Source: Polyangiaceae bacterium (GTDB lineage: Bacteria > Myxococcota_A > Polyangia > Polyangiales > Polyangiaceae). From it: 64,000 nt of DNA. The DNA lies in assembly GCA_965222375.1 (NCBI GenBank), contig CBDCTZ010000016.1, positions 2,400,001-2,464,000 on the forward strand. Direction: 5' to 3'. Shown in pieces: positions 31,703 through 40,975 of this stretch; position 1 is the stretch's first letter, and each line of letters begins with the position of its first letter. A program made the translations under genes and the position numbers. The notes beneath the pieces are model-generated. The model saw only the letters and a list, made by a program, of their open reading frames with translations. It was not told the origin of the DNA and searched no databases.

Positions 31703-32752
31703 ATGTTGCGCTATCGGCTGTTGGGACGATCTGGGTTGCGGGTATCGGAGGTCTGCTTGGGCACCATGAGCTTCGGCGAGGCTTGGGGTTTTGGCGCCAC
31801 GGAGGCGGACAGTCACAAGGTGCTCGACGCCTATGCGGAAGGGGGGGGCAACTTCTTGGACACGGCCAACAAGTACCACGGTGGCGAAACCGAAGAGATC
31901 CTCGGCCGCTGGCTGGAGAACAAGCGCGATCGCATGATCGTGGCCACCAAGTACACGCTCTCCATGGACCACGAGAATCCCAACGCTTCCGGTAACCACC
32001 GCAAGAACTTGGTGCATTCCGTCGAGGCCAGCTTGCGCCGCTTGAAGACGGATGTGATCGACTTGCTCTGGGTGCACGCTTGGGACGACTACACCCCGTA
32101 TCAAGAGACGATGCGTGCCCTAGATGACCTAGTGCGAACAGGCAAGGTGCTCTATGTCGGCGTGAGCGATGCGCCAGCGTGGGTCGTCTCCGCATCGAAC
32201 GTCCTGGCAGAGCTGCGCGGCTGGACAGAGTTCGTCGGTCTGCAAATCGAATACAGCCTGCTGCAGCGAGCGCCAGAGCGCGACCTGTTGCCGATGGCGA
32301 AACACTTTGGGCTGTCGGTATTGTGTTGGGGGCCTCTCGGCGCGGGTGTGCTGACCGGGAAGTACACACGCAAAGGCGCCGAGAACGACTCGCTGCGCAA
32401 GACTGGGAACGAGCAGCGTGGGCGAACCTCCGAGAAGAGCCTCGCGGTTGCACGCGCCGTGGACGCCGTAGCTGACGAATTGGGAGTGACCTCGGCGCAG
32501 GTCGCGAACGCCTGGGTGGCTAGCCAAGGCTACGAGTTCATTCCGATTGTAGGCGCCCGCAAGGTCTCTCAGATCGAGGACAGCCTGGGCAGTACCGAAG
32601 TGAAGTTGAACGAGTCGCAACTGGCGACCCTGGACGAGGTCAGCAAGATAGAACTCGGCTTTCCCCACGATTTTCTCGCCGCCAGCGGCGTACGAGACCT
32701 CGTGCGTGGCGAAATCCGCACTCGCATCGACGGTCGTCCAGCCCCGGACTGA
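31703..32752 (+). CDS. Aldo/keto reductase
   Basis: LGRSGLRVSEVCLGTM, GGNFLDTANKY, ATKY, SLRRLKTDVIDL..HAWD, GKVLYVGVS; RBS GAGGAGG. Confidence 0.95.
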   Translation: MLRYRLLGRSGLRVSEVCLGTMSFGEAWGFGATEADSHKVLDAYAEGGGNFLDTANKYHGGETEEILGRWLENKRDRMIVATKYTLSMDHENPNASGNHRKNLVHSVEASLRRLKTDVIDLLWVHAWDDYTPYQETMRALDDLVRTGKVLYVGVSDAPAWVVSASNVLAELRGWTEFVGLQIEYSLLQRAPERDLLPMAKHFGLSVLCWGPLGAGVLTGKYTRKGAENDSLRKTGNEQRGRTSEKSLAVARAVDAVADELGVTSAQVANAWVASQGYEFIPIVGARKVSQIEDSLGSTEVKLNESQLATLDEVSKIELGFPHDFLAASGVRDLVRGEIRTRIDGRPAPD

Positions 32753-32778
32753 GCTGTCGGTGCGAATGCAGCGGCGAA

Positions 32779-33312
32779 TCAACCGCCGTACTCGTTGGGA
32801 GTGCCCCGAAACGGGCGCGACGGAATATTGATGATCTCTTCCGGGAAGTTGTCGACGATGAAGGCCAGCACGTCTCTCAGCGATACCAACTGAATGGGCT
32901 TGCCTTCGTCGTTCAAGATCGGAACGTGCCGAAAGCCGCCGACCCGCATGGCGTTGAGCAAGTACGCGATCTGGTCATCCAGCATCAAGTGTTCTGGGTT
33001 CGGAGTCATGATGCTCGACACCGGTTGATCCATCACCGAGGTTTCCTTCGCGGTCACCTTGAGCAAGATGTCCCGCTCGGTGACGATCCCGATGAGCTTG
33101 TCGTTTTCCACCACGAGCAACGCGCCGATGCGTTTCGACTGCATTCGCTCGACCACCCCGGAGACATTTTCGGAAGGTGTCACCACTTCCAGCTCCCGAG
33201 TTTTGCCCAGGGCGTGGATCGGCTGCATGAACGCGTCCGACGTCAACATTTTCGGAGGGCGTGAGCGCTCCTCCAATATCTTCAGCTCCTCCTCGATGCT
33301 CTCGTCGTCCAT
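32779..33312 (-). CDS. CBS domain pair protein
   Basis: IGALLVVE..LIGIVTERDIL..VSSIMTPNP..GGFRHVPI; RBS GAGGGAG. Confidence 0.9.
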   Translation of the reverse strand: MDDESIEEELKILEERSRPPKMLTSDAFMQPIHALGKTRELEVVTPSENVSGVVERMQSKRIGALLVVENDKLIGIVTERDILLKVTAKETSVMDQPVSSIMTPNPEHLMLDDQIAYLLNAMRVGGFRHVPILNDEGKPIQLVSLRDVLAFIVDNFPEEIINIPSRPFRGTPNEYGG

Positions 33313-33429
33313 ATCTCCCTCGATGGCTACACACAGCGCGGGCCTCCCCAGGTTTGGCGCTCCCCAACACCTAGCGCTCCCCGGCTGCCTGCCAAGCCTA
33401 GCACACGGCGCCGCTTGTTTTGATACCCC

Positions 33430-33610
33430 CGCGCTGGGTCGCGAAGCCGCGTGCGGCGTGCTCGGCGCACGCCGCGTGGCCCCTAACCCGCGCTCCGCGC
33501 GGCCGGGGCCACGACGACGATCGCGCTGGGTCGCGAAGCCGCGTGCGGCGTGCTCGGCGCACGCCGCGTGGCCCCTAACCCGCGCTCCGCGCGGCCGGGG
33601 CCACGACGAC
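33430..33610. repeat. Two 89-bp direct repeats (period 92) with internal palindromes, REP/BIME-like
   Basis: 33430-33518 matches 33522-33610; hairpins gcggcgtgc-tcggc-gcacgccgc and ggcccc..cgcgc-tcc-gcgcg..ggggcc. Confidence 0.9.
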
Positions 33611-33617
33611 AATTGGC

Positions 33618-34805
33618 TCACTGAAGCACGCCGACAAAAACGTCAGTCATGGATGCATGCTCGAAGGCGCCCGCCACGCTGTAGATGAATCCGCCATGTT
33701 CGGGGGTCTGGTGGGCGTGCGCGCGTGCCTTGGGGAGCGGCGCTTGGGTTTCCCAGGAGCTGAGGCCGCCATCGGCTTGGATGTGCGCGCGATATACAGC
33801 GTCCGTGTTCACGCCCAGCTGGCTCTGGCCGCTCACTCCACCAATCACGTACAAGGAGTCTGCGTGCACGACCGCCGAGTGAGTTGCCATCTCCGTCGGG
33901 AGTTCGCTGACCGTCTGCCAGGCGCTGAGGCTGCCATCGGCTTGGATCTCAGTTCGCCACACCGCGGCATAGGTCGTGTTGGCGCCAGCTGGATTGCCGC
34001 TCAAGCCGCCGATGCTGTAGAGCTTGTTGCCGTGGGCAATCGCCGCCTGATGGCTGCGCCTTTCCGGGTACGGAGTCACCTGCTGCCACGGACCCAGCTT
34101 GGAATCGGTCACCACGGCCATTTCCACCTCGGGGGTGCTGTCTTTGCCGTCGCCGGTCAGGCCGCCCAAGACATACACGAAGTTGCCCACGGCCGCGGTG
34201 GCGCCGTGGAAGCGAGACGTCGCCAGTTCCGGGCCCGCCTCCCAGTTTGTGATGGCACCGTCGTCGGCGACGACCGCCGTGCTGGTGTGAGTCGATGTGG
34301 CTGCTTTGCCAAAAGAATTCGCGCGCAGCCCCCCAGCGATCACCACGAATTGCCCCACGACGCCGACTCCGCCGCCGATCGCCGCCTCGTTCAGGTTGGA
34401 TGTGGCGTTCCAAGCGCCCACGGAGCCGTCTGCCGCCAACGCGCTGACCTCGGTGCTGGCGACCGGCGTCGACATGTCGCGGACTCCGCCACTCGCGTAC
34501 AGGAACGCGCCCTGAGGGGTCTCGACGATGAACGTCATGTGGTGATCCCGCGCGGCTTGAAGAGAGGGCGCGGGGTTCCAGGAGGTCACCGACGATTGGC
34601 AAGCTGCACCTGCGGGCTGACTGCCCGCGGGGCAGCTGCTTGCGCCAGCGGCGCCGCTCGAGCCAGCAGCTCCGGCGCTGCCGCCTATGCCCCCCTGGCC
34701 CCCGGTACTCGTGCCTCCGGTGCCCGGCTGCCCTTCGCTCGAAGACGAGCCGCAGCCAAAGAGCAGGCACGCAGCCGAACTGAACATTGCAAGTTCTCGA
34801 ATCAT
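33618..34805 (-). CDS. Kelch-repeat beta-propeller lipoprotein
   Basis: Lipobox LLFGC; Gly linker; about six repeats of R..H....LY..GG......DG.L..W. Confidence 0.85.
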   Translation of the reverse strand: MIRELAMFSSAACLLFGCGSSSSEGQPGTGGTSTGGQGGIGGSAGAAGSSGAAGASSCPAGSQPAGAACQSSVTSWNPAPSLQAARDHHMTFIVETPQGAFLYASGGVRDMSTPVASTEVSALAADGSVGAWNATSNLNEAAIGGGVGVVGQFVVIAGGLRANSFGKAATSTHTSTAVVADDGAITNWEAGPELATSRFHGATAAVGNFVYVLGGLTGDGKDSTPEVEMAVVTDSKLGPWQQVTPYPERRSHQAAIAHGNKLYSIGGLSGNPAGANTTYAAVWRTEIQADGSLSAWQTVSELPTEMATHSAVVHADSLYVIGGVSGQSQLGVNTDAVYRAHIQADGGLSSWETQAPLPKARAHAHQTPEHGGFIYSVAGAFEHASMTDVFVGVLQ

Positions 34806-34923
34806 GGCGCGGCGCAACCGCAATCGGTGTGCCAACGCGCGACAGGTCCGAACGCGCCTTGATTACACCTGAATTACGCGGGCCGTCAGTGACCGCACGC
34901 ATGCTGTGTGAAAGTTCGCACGC

Positions 34924-35577
34924 TCAGTCCGTGTGGCGGCGTCGGGGTAAGGTTGCGCTGCGCGCCCAGAGTTCGTGCATGGTGTAGACGAGCAAGCCCG
35001 ACGCCGCCCCGAACAGATGTGCCTCGGCTAGCAGCTTCACGCCAGGGCCGAGGTCCGGCGCCAGGATGGCGGAACCCACCGCGAATTCGTAGACGGTCTT
35101 GAAAACGTGGCCGGCTGCAAAGACGCCGATCAGGGCTCGGGAGTAGGGCAACTCGGCCACGCGCTTCGAGCGCCAGAGCACGCAGAGCAAAACCGTGGCA
35201 AGGGAAACGTCGATGGCGGAGAGGCCCGCATAGTGATTCACGTGGGGAGCCAAGACGAGGACGCAGAGCCCGACCACGAAGCACGAAACGAAAACGGTAG
35301 CGGCAAAGAGCCGCCGGCTGACGGCCTCGATCACCAGGCCCCAACCGAAGAACGCGACGATGTCGCCCACCGCGTGAGCGCTTCCGTAATGCACGAAGTG
35401 CCCCGACAGCACCCGCCACCACTCTCCCAGCCAGACCGCCTCGCGATCGAGCTCCAGTGCTCGCGAGGAACCCGCGAGCACTGCGAAGCAGGTCAACAAG
35501 GCGGTCAGCCACGGACCGCGGCGCACAAGCGCCGCGGTCCAAGTCCGATCAAGGGGCTTGATCGAGGCGGTCATCAT
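34924..35577 (-). CDS. rrtA: Rhombosortase (rhomboid-family sorting protease)
   Basis: LELDREAVWLGEWWRVLSGHFVH, YAGLSA (catalytic Ser), AEAHLFG (catalytic His); ATGA-coupled to an upstream gene with a C-terminal sorting tail. Confidence 0.8.
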   Translation of the reverse strand: MMTASIKPLDRTWTAALVRRGPWLTALLTCFAVLAGSSRALELDREAVWLGEWWRVLSGHFVHYGSAHAVGDIVAFFGWGLVIEAVSRRLFAATVFVSCFVVGLCVLVLAPHVNHYAGLSAIDVSLATVLLCVLWRSKRVAELPYSRALIGVFAAGHVFKTVYEFAVGSAILAPDLGPGVKLLAEAHLFGAASGLLVYTMHELWARSATLPRRRHTD

Positions 35578-37529
35578 CGTGTGCCGTCTCGCCTCCGCCG
35601 CACCAACACCAGAAGTCCGAGGCCGAAGCCGAGGGCGATGAACATGCCCAGGTGTCCGACTCCGATGGCGCCAGCGTAGTCATCACTGCCGCCGTATCCG
35701 GAGCCGGAGCCCCCGGAGTAGCCACTGCCGCTTTCCAGGCCGCTGCGTTCCTCGTTTAGGCGCTCCACGCCGAGCTCCTCGAAGGTTTTGTCGTCGACGA
35801 CAATCATCGCCGTGTAGTCCGTGACCAATTGATACTCCACGCCCAGCTTGACGATCTTGGTCTTGGCTTCGTTCTTGGAGATCAGGCCCAACAGCGCCTG
35901 CTTTTCGATGGCGTGGATCATGTCCAAGGCCCATAGACGTTCGATTTCCGCATTCTCCGTATCGACGGCGGGCAGGTGCACGTTCTGGGTGATCACTTCG
36001 CTCTTGGCAAGGGTCTTTGCCTGCAGGGTCAGTGTGGCGTTGCCCGGCTGATCGTAGCGACCGAAGACAATCAGTTGCTGCCCCTTGTAGACCTTGGTCA
36101 GGCGAAAGTCCGTCGTCTCGGAGACTCCTGCGCCGCTGACCCCGATCTTCACGTCGTGCAAGGCCTCGTGCTTGGCCTTGTTGAACGCCAGCTGTACCTG
36201 ACCCAGGATGTCGTCTCGATTGGAAACCTGGGAGTAGAAGCCACCCGAGGCCTCGCTCACGATCTCCATCAACGGCCAGTTGGCGTTGTTGCCCATCAGC
36301 ATGCCATAGATACGGACGTCGCTTTTTCGCACCAGCTTGTCGAATTCGATCGGCTCGATGACGCCGGTATTTGTTTCTGCGTCGGTGACCAGGAACGTCG
36401 ACACCACGCGATCCGTATCCAGACCGCTGAGCCCTTCGCTCAGCCCCAAATACAGATTGGTCCCGCCGCGGTCGTGGAGCTTGCCGACTTCGTTGGCGAC
36501 ATCCGAGATGTTCTCCGGGGTCGCGGTTCGATACCCGCCGCTGACGTCGATGGTGCTCGTGTCGAAGGCGACCACGCGGAAACGGTCTTCGGGGCTGAGC
36601 TTTTGCAGGGATTCCGTCACCGCTTGTTTCAGGGAGCTGAGCTTGCCCGCCATGCTTCCGGAAATGTCGAGCACGAAGACGTAGTCGCTGCCGTGAGTGA
36701 TCGGCTGCAGATCGATGCCCGGCGTGTAGACCATCATGAAGGTACCGCGGCCGCCCGCTTCGGGTCGGTAGCGGACCAATTCGAGCCGCCTCGGCTGGTC
36801 GTTGGGAAAGCGGTAGTAGAAGACCAAGTCCTCACTGAGCGTCTTTTGGACCACTTCCAATCCGATCTTGTAATGCCCTTCGGCGAGCTTCGTCACCGTT
36901 GGGGCATGACCGGGCATGCGAACCTCTTCGACGGGCATGGCACTCTTCAACTCGAGGTCGAAGCGGAAGGTGCCGGTCACGGATTCTTGTCCCTCCCAGA
37001 ACGATGCGGCAGTCCCGCCGTCCTCGAGGGGGTAGAGGTAGCGTCCAACTGCGTCATCGATGGAGAGAGGCTCGTAGTAGACGAAGCTCATCGTCGCCTG
37101 AGAGTCCGCGGGAATGTTTGCCACCGAGAACCGGAAGTTCTGATGCCCGTCTTTGGTGGCGAGCCCCGCCTGGTTCCCGGACTTTTTCTGATCGTCGTAG
37201 AGCTTCTGTGCTTCTTCTCGTGCAAGTACCTCTCCGTTCATCACACGATCGCCCACCTTGATCTGCATCTGGGAAAGAGCGGCGTCTTGGGGGATCGGGA
37301 ACTCGTAGATGGCGTCGATGGGCGAGGTGCTCGAGTTCTTGAAGACTTGAGTCACCTGAGTTCGGGCGAAACCGTTGTTGAGCAGCACGCTCACGTGGTG
37401 ATCCACGATCTGGGCGTACTTCCCAGTGGCTGGGTCCTTGAGCGTGCCGGCGGCTTGGGCCACCGTCGGGCGCACTACGAGCATCGCGATCGCCGCCATG
37501 AGGGCGATCCCCAGGGTCTTCCACCTCAT
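35574..37529 (-). CDS. Secreted VIT + VWA domain protein with GlyGly-CTERM-like tail
   Basis: Signal AQA; VIT (ARTQVTQVFKN..AIYEFPIP..GEVLAREEAQKLY); VWA MIDAS VLDISGSM, GGTNL; Gly/Ser linker + TM + RRRR. Confidence 0.9.
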   Translation of the reverse strand: MRWKTLGIALMAAIAMLVVRPTVAQAAGTLKDPATGKYAQIVDHHVSVLLNNGFARTQVTQVFKNSSTSPIDAIYEFPIPQDAALSQMQIKVGDRVMNGEVLAREEAQKLYDDQKKSGNQAGLATKDGHQNFRFSVANIPADSQATMSFVYYEPLSIDDAVGRYLYPLEDGGTAASFWEGQESVTGTFRFDLELKSAMPVEEVRMPGHAPTVTKLAEGHYKIGLEVVQKTLSEDLVFYYRFPNDQPRRLELVRYRPEAGGRGTFMMVYTPGIDLQPITHGSDYVFVLDISGSMAGKLSSLKQAVTESLQKLSPEDRFRVVAFDTSTIDVSGGYRTATPENISDVANEVGKLHDRGGTNLYLGLSEGLSGLDTDRVVSTFLVTDAETNTGVIEPIEFDKLVRKSDVRIYGMLMGNNANWPLMEIVSEASGGFYSQVSNRDDILGQVQLAFNKAKHEALHDVKIGVSGAGVSETTDFRLTKVYKGQQLIVFGRYDQPGNATLTLQAKTLAKSEVITQNVHLPAVDTENAEIERLWALDMIHAIEKQALLGLISKNEAKTKIVKLGVEYQLVTDYTAMIVVDDKTFEELGVERLNEERSGLESGSGYSGGSGSGYGGSDDYAGAIGVGHLGMFIALGFGLGLLVLVRRRRDGTR

Positions 37530-37741
37530 TTGTCCTCCTTTGGAACTGGTTCAACCAGCCAAAGCAGGCTTCGTGCCGGCCTTGTGCCCTGGCGTGGTGC
37601 CGCGAGGCAACTCCATGAAATTCCACGAAACTCTCCGAGAAACCTGGCCCGTGCCTTGTCGCCACGCTTCGGTCATCCGTGAGTCGTGGGCAACACTGTG
37701 CGCACCAGTCATGCCTCAGCTGCGAAACTGGCGACGCGGTT

Positions 37742-38074
37742 ATGAAGCACCCTAACTGTTTCACCGAAGATGCGGTTATCGACTACGAGGGGCGAACCCT
37801 CGAGCTGAGCCTGAAAGAACAGAAAGCACTGCTTGGGGGTAGCGCCCACTTCCACAGCGCAAGGGACCCGACGACCTGGCTCTCCGTGGCGGTGTTCAAT
37901 GCCGTAACCCGCAAGTATCGGGATGTCCCCCAGACTGTGGTGCTCGATCTGTCGGCTTTGGCTTTGGGTATCGATCGCGCGGCCCTCATCAGTCGTATTC
38001 GTTGGAATGAAAACTACATGCGCTGGCACGACGGGGTCCCGTACTCGGTCCTGGACGACTCCATTGCCGAATAG
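37742..38074 (+). CDS. Hypothetical protein
   Basis: 110-aa ORF with protein-like composition, co-oriented with the next two genes. Confidence 0.55.
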   Translation: MKHPNCFTEDAVIDYEGRTLELSLKEQKALLGGSAHFHSARDPTTWLSVAVFNAVTRKYRDVPQTVVLDLSALALGIDRAALISRIRWNENYMRWHDGVPYSVLDDSIAE

Positions 38075-38128
38075 CGGTCGCGGCAAATCTACCGCTTCCA
38101 GGTTGTGGAGTCGGCTATGTTGAGGGGC

Positions 38129-38713
38129 ATGGCGGGCGTCGACCTGGAAGCCTTGGGCCAGGTCTCGGTCACCACGATGGCCGGAGATGGCGTGGCGCTG
38201 TCGACTCTGTTTTCGGGCAAGCCCTGCTTGCTCATCTTCTTGCGCCACTTCGGATGCGTGGCGTGCGCGGAGCAAGTGACCCAGCTTTCTCCTCGCCTCC
38301 GAGAGCTCGACCAACTCGGAGTAGGCGTCATCTTCATCGGCAATGGTGAGAAGCGCTATATGGAAGCCTTCGTGCAGCGCCACGCACTGTCCGACAAGAG
38401 CGTGCAAGTTGTGTCCGACGTCAGCCTGTCCAGCTTTCGCGTTGCGGGGTTGATGCGCTCATGGTGGTCGGTGTTCGGCCCGCGGGCGTTGTATGGGGAA
38501 ATGCGCGCACGGGGCCAGGGCCATCAGTTCCAGGGAATCGAGGGCGACGGCCTGCAGCAAGGCGGCGCGCTCTTGCTCGATTCCAAGGCCTCGGTGCTGC
38601 TTCACTACAAAAACCGCGCCACAGGAGACTTCGTCGATCCAAACGCAATCCTCGGCGAGGCCCTCAAGTTTCGGGCGCGGGTCGGTCGGAGCAAGGGCGC
38701 CGTCGTGGCGTGA
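38129..38713 (+). CDS. Peroxiredoxin-like (AhpC/TSA_2-type) redoxin
   Basis: LLIFLRHFGCVACAE (CxxC); GDGLQQGG. Confidence 0.85.
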   Translation: MAGVDLEALGQVSVTTMAGDGVALSTLFSGKPCLLIFLRHFGCVACAEQVTQLSPRLRELDQLGVGVIFIGNGEKRYMEAFVQRHALSDKSVQVVSDVSLSSFRVAGLMRSWWSVFGPRALYGEMRARGQGHQFQGIEGDGLQQGGALLLDSKASVLLHYKNRATGDFVDPNAILGEALKFRARVGRSKGAVVA

Positions 38714-38740
38714 GCGGGTGTTTCTCGAAACGAGAGAGCC

Positions 38741-39367
38741 ATGAACTATTTCGTGCATATCGCCAACGTGCTGTTTCTCGCCTCCTACTTGGTGCGAGAC
38801 ATCCTCTGGTTGCGGTTTCTGACCATTGTCGCGGGTAGTGCGCTGCTGCCGTACTACTTTGCGAACGAGCTGTACGCCCCGATTGCGTGGAACGCGGTGT
38901 TCATTGCCATCAACATCGCTCAGGTACGCGTGCTGTTGCTCGAGCGGCGCCCTGTGCGCATGACCGAGCAGCAGGAACGGATCTATCAGACGGTGTTTCG
39001 CGCGCTGCGGCCGCGGGAGTTCATGAAGCTTTTCGAGCTGGCGCAGCCGCGCAACGTGCCGGATGGGCAGCAGTTGGTGGCCCAGGGCGAGGCACTAGAT
39101 TGCTTGCTCTTGGTCGAAGAAGGCAACACGGCGGTTCAAGTTGACGGCCGCGTCGTTGCGGAGGTCGGTCCTGGCCGCTTCGTGGGCGAGATGAGCTATC
39201 TGACCGGCGACCAGGCTTCGGCGAGTGTTTCCGCCAGCGGCGAGGTGCAGGTCTTCGAATGGCCCCGGGATAAGTTGGAGCAATTCCTGGACAAACATCC
39301 GGACATCAAGAGTGCGCTGCAGTTGGTGATCGGTACGGACCTAGCGTCCAAGCTCAAGACCGCTTGA
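38741..39367 (+). CDS. Popeye-like membrane protein (N-terminal TM helices + cNMP-binding domain)
   Basis: HIANVLFLASYLVRDILWLR..WNAVFIAIN..ERRP..Y..F..L.PREF; GRFVGEMSYL. Confidence 0.82.
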   Translation: MNYFVHIANVLFLASYLVRDILWLRFLTIVAGSALLPYYFANELYAPIAWNAVFIAINIAQVRVLLLERRPVRMTEQQERIYQTVFRALRPREFMKLFELAQPRNVPDGQQLVAQGEALDCLLLVEEGNTAVQVDGRVVAEVGPGRFVGEMSYLTGDQASASVSASGEVQVFEWPRDKLEQFLDKHPDIKSALQLVIGTDLASKLKTA

Positions 39368-39507
39368 GCTCACGTGCCGGGCGATAGCGCGCGGCCCAAG
39401 GCGAGAGTAGCGGCCCAACGCCGCCCCAGCACCCCGTCGGGTACCACGAAGCGCGTCGCTCGACCCAAAAAAAAACAAATAGCTGCGGCCTGTGGCACAA
39501 TGGCTCG

Positions 39508-40833
39508 ATGCGATCTGGCCTCGGCATTGTGTTGCTTTCTTGCTGCATTGTCAGCTGTGGCTCTGACGATTCTGAGGGCGGTGGATCCGGCGCGGTGTCT
39601 GGAAGCGGCGGGAACTCGGGTGGCAGTGGCGGCGCTGGTGCGAGCGGTGGCAGCTCCGGCGGCGCAGCGGGCAGTGGCGCCGTGGCTGGGAGCGGAGGCA
39701 ACGCTGCAGCAGCGGGCGCGGGCGGTAGTGGCGGCGGAGCTACTTGGCCCGAGGGCAAAGTGCGCTACGTCGAGCGCACGTCGCCCCCAGACGATCCCTT
39801 TCTCAAAGATCCGGGCAAGTGGGCGAATTGGTATTCGACGCACCACTTCCGCATGATCGTGTTCAGTCCGTTCTTCGACGACAAACTGAGCTGGTACCCC
39901 AACGGTTGGGACTACTTCGATCTCTATGCGATCAAACCTGGCGACAGCATCTTTGCGCAACACCCGGAATGGGTGCTGAAAGATGCTCAGGGCAAGATGT
40001 TGTACATCCCTTGGGGATGCTCCGGCGGCACTTGCCCGCAATTCGCCGGGGACATCTCGAGTTCGGCGTTTCGGAGTTGGTGGATCGGTGAAGCCAAGAC
40101 TCTGATCAACACCAAGGGCTACAAGGGGCTCTGGGTAGACGACGTCAACTTGGACTTCCGGGTTGGGGATGGCAACGGCACACATGTACCGCCAATCGAT
40201 CCGAACACCGGATTGGCCATGACCGAAGATAACTGGCGCAAGTACATGGCCGAATTCGTGACTGAGATCCGCACAGCCCTACCGGGTGCGGAGATCGCGC
40301 ACAACTCGATCTGGTACGCGGGCGGCAGCGCCCGACACAACCATCCGTCGATCCAAAAGCAGATCCAGGCTGCGGACTACTTGAACATCGAGTTCGGCTT
40401 CATCGACAAGGGCATCACCGGTGGCAGTGGAAGCTTTTCGCTCACTGCCATGCGCGGCTACATCGCGGACGTGCACAAGCTTTCTCGCGCCGTCGTCATC
40501 GAGGGGTTCGGGAAGACTCCGGAAGATCTGGAGTACTCCCTGGCGAACTACCTTTTGATCAACAACGGTCGCGATGCCCTCGGGCATCAGGATGGCGCCA
40601 CGCCATCCAATTGGTGGGTGGGCAACGACGTGGATCTGGGCAAGGCCCAGGGGCCGCATACGACTTGGCAGGGCCTCGAGCGCAGGGACTTCGACGGCGG
40701 CATGGTGCTGGTCAACGAGCCAGGCGCGGCGCCGGTCACCGCGACCCTGCCTGGGAGCTTCAAGGCTCTGAACGGCTCGCCAGTGACCTCGGTGACTCTC
40801 GGGCCAAAACGCGGCGCGGTGTTGCGCAAATAG
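39508..40833 (+). CDS. Lipoprotein with putative glycoside hydrolase (GHL15-like TIM barrel) domain
   Basis: Lipobox IVSC; Gly linker; HPEWVLKD, GYKGLWVDD, DLGKAQG..RRDFDGGMVLVN. Confidence 0.65.
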   Translation: MRSGLGIVLLSCCIVSCGSDDSEGGGSGAVSGSGGNSGGSGGAGASGGSSGGAAGSGAVAGSGGNAAAAGAGGSGGGATWPEGKVRYVERTSPPDDPFLKDPGKWANWYSTHHFRMIVFSPFFDDKLSWYPNGWDYFDLYAIKPGDSIFAQHPEWVLKDAQGKMLYIPWGCSGGTCPQFAGDISSSAFRSWWIGEAKTLINTKGYKGLWVDDVNLDFRVGDGNGTHVPPIDPNTGLAMTEDNWRKYMAEFVTEIRTALPGAEIAHNSIWYAGGSARHNHPSIQKQIQAADYLNIEFGFIDKGITGGSGSFSLTAMRGYIADVHKLSRAVVIEGFGKTPEDLEYSLANYLLINNGRDALGHQDGATPSNWWVGNDVDLGKAQGPHTTWQGLERRDFDGGMVLVNEPGAAPVTATLPGSFKALNGSPVTSVTLGPKRGAVLRK

Positions 40834-40975
40834 CTCCCGGCCGGATGGAGGGGCATGACCTGCCGCCGGAGGGGGGCGGCGCCAGCCACGCTAGTGAGGT
40901 TTCCCCTACAAAGCAGGTCGTTCCCACCAGGCACGCGTCTTGTACAGTGGCTCTGACAAGATGGGAGCGGCTGAG

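Noticed and set aside
31333..31995. Functional sigma-54 activator regulating the AKR gene
   Set aside because: Truncated before GAFTGA, Walker B and HTH; the rest of the ORF is an off-frame read of the AKR gene
33430..33610. Possible CRISPR array
   Set aside because: Only two 89-bp units with a 3-nt gap, no unique spacers and no cas genes
38129..38713. Selenoprotein form of the AhpC/TSA-like redoxin
   Set aside because: The motif is CVAC encoded by TGC codons; no UGA
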